DNA of 64,000 nt from NCBI RefSeq assembly GCF_020745735.1, contig NC_083416.1, forward strand, positions 17,336,400 through 17,400,399. The letters are read 5' to 3'. Below, piece after piece: positions 62,950 to 64,000 of this stretch. The notes beneath the pieces are model-generated. The model had not been told where the DNA came from and searched no databases. It was given only the letters and a program-made list of their open reading frames with translations. Made by a program: the position numbers and the translations under genes. Positions within the stretch are counted from its first letter, which is position 1. Every line of letters begins with the position of its first letter. The stretch is from Hemiscyllium ocellatum. Lineage: Eukaryota.

Positions 62950-63096
62950 AGTTCCTTGTTCCAATAGGAGTTGACACTTGCTGAGACATTCAGGGCTCTC
63001 AGTAAGCTCAATCAAGGCTTTCTCTGCTTGCAATCTTTGGGTTGGATCTGTGGCCTCATAAAGCTGCTTACATATTATTTCCAACTGTGCCAAATC
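62950..63096 (-). CDS. RANBP17: RANBP17 (Ran-binding protein 17 / exportin-7 paralogue) coding exon 2
   Basis: 147-nt phase-0 exon, acceptor tttgtag|GAT, donor ACT|gtaagt. Encodes DLAQLEIICKQLYEATDPTQRLQAEKALIELTESPECLSKCQLLLEQGT. SPECLSKCQLLLEQGT matches RANBP17 as I recall it (XPO7 has SPDCLSKCQLLLERGS). Confidence 0.92.
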
Positions 63097-64000
63097 CTAC
63101 AAAGTCAAAAAAGTTTAAAAATTAAGACTGAGCAAGGCTTCCACAAAAATGTCACATTTATTTCACAGTGATGCTTTCAAAATGTTGCTTTCAATATTTG
63201 AAATGAGTAAAGATGATTTCTTGCAAAACTGAATTGCCTAGAACTCTAGATGTAAACACAATATATTTTTGTATGAACATTATAGATAACTCAAACTGGA
63301 TTTATTTTAAATAAAAAACACACCAATGTTTTGTTAGCTACTTACCGATAAAAACATCCAACAAAAACTGTAAAAAACATTTGACAAAACAGCATTTGGG
63401 ACTAGTGATTGCAAAATATATAACTGCTTCTTGTTCTTAAGAACATCTATCAATGGAATTGTATTTCCAACCAATACATAACAACTTGTCAAAACAGAAG
63501 TAAATAAAGAAATAAAGTTGAATATAAAGTCAAAATAGTATGCATCATGTTGAACTACCACAATAATTGCCAAGTGTCATGAATGCATATTTTTGTAACA
63601 AATTGAAAATAAACCAGATTTGCAGTACTATTCAGTAACTTCCTAATTATTTTCTTAATGCTCTCTAAGTGAAAGAAATTGACACAACTTGTCAGAGTGT
63701 CACTTGTCTCAAACTAACCCTTCTTTTTAACAACTTGACAAGTAGGGGTCTTCCAATATATCCAGGGTAAATGTATCAGATGCCCTATTGTTGAACCACA
63801 AAGACTTGAGAGTTCTTAGGTTTCATTGTGAAGTATGTAGAATTGGCTAATGATATCAAAGAGATGGCTGTGGACATTCAACAATTTACTTCAGTTTCAT
63901 TAGATGACAGAAGGATAACTAGGGCGCCATTTCTTATCACTACACAGCTTCCCTTACGAGAACATGCACATGTAGGATTTAGCAATGGCATTCTAGTGTA

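Noticed and set aside
62803-63093. 96-aa ORF as a complete gene
   Set aside because: Only 63096-62950 is exonic; the frame reads through the gtaagt donor into intron 2.
63921-63928. ATGGCG on the minus strand as RANBP17 exon 1
   Set aside because: In-frame TAG follows at codon 4 and there is no donor site; exon 1 is probably beyond the window.

Overview
Vertebrate, almost certainly shark, genomic DNA. The HE1-type SINEs, HER1-type CR1 LINEs and Penelope repeats resemble bamboo shark (Chiloscyllium-like) repeats; the species is an inference. The window lies inside a minus-strand RANBP17 (XPO7-paralogue) gene. Coding exon 2 is 63096-62950 (147 nt) and exon 3 is 35811-35721 (91 nt), separated by a 27.1 kb intron. 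I found no exon 4, so intron 3 appears to exceed 35.7 kb. The rest is mostly nested, decayed transposons: CR1/HER1, L2-group, RTE and Rex1 LINEs, HE1 SINEs, a near-complete Penelope-like element (PLE, Neptune-type) with a 36-bp coding minisatellite, a Gmr1-like (integrase-before-RT) Gypsy element, an endogenous retrovirus remnant, a solo LTR and an old MITE. The most interesting signal is a set of tiny (90-200 bp) PLE-derived inserts with 11-14 bp target-site duplications (TSDs) built around minimal hammerhead ribozymes. Two copies with intact cores lie in the RANBP17 pre-mRNA sense, and several are fold-back palindromes whose turn falls at ribozyme stem II. Repeat boundaries were read by eye and are approximate unless stated as exact.
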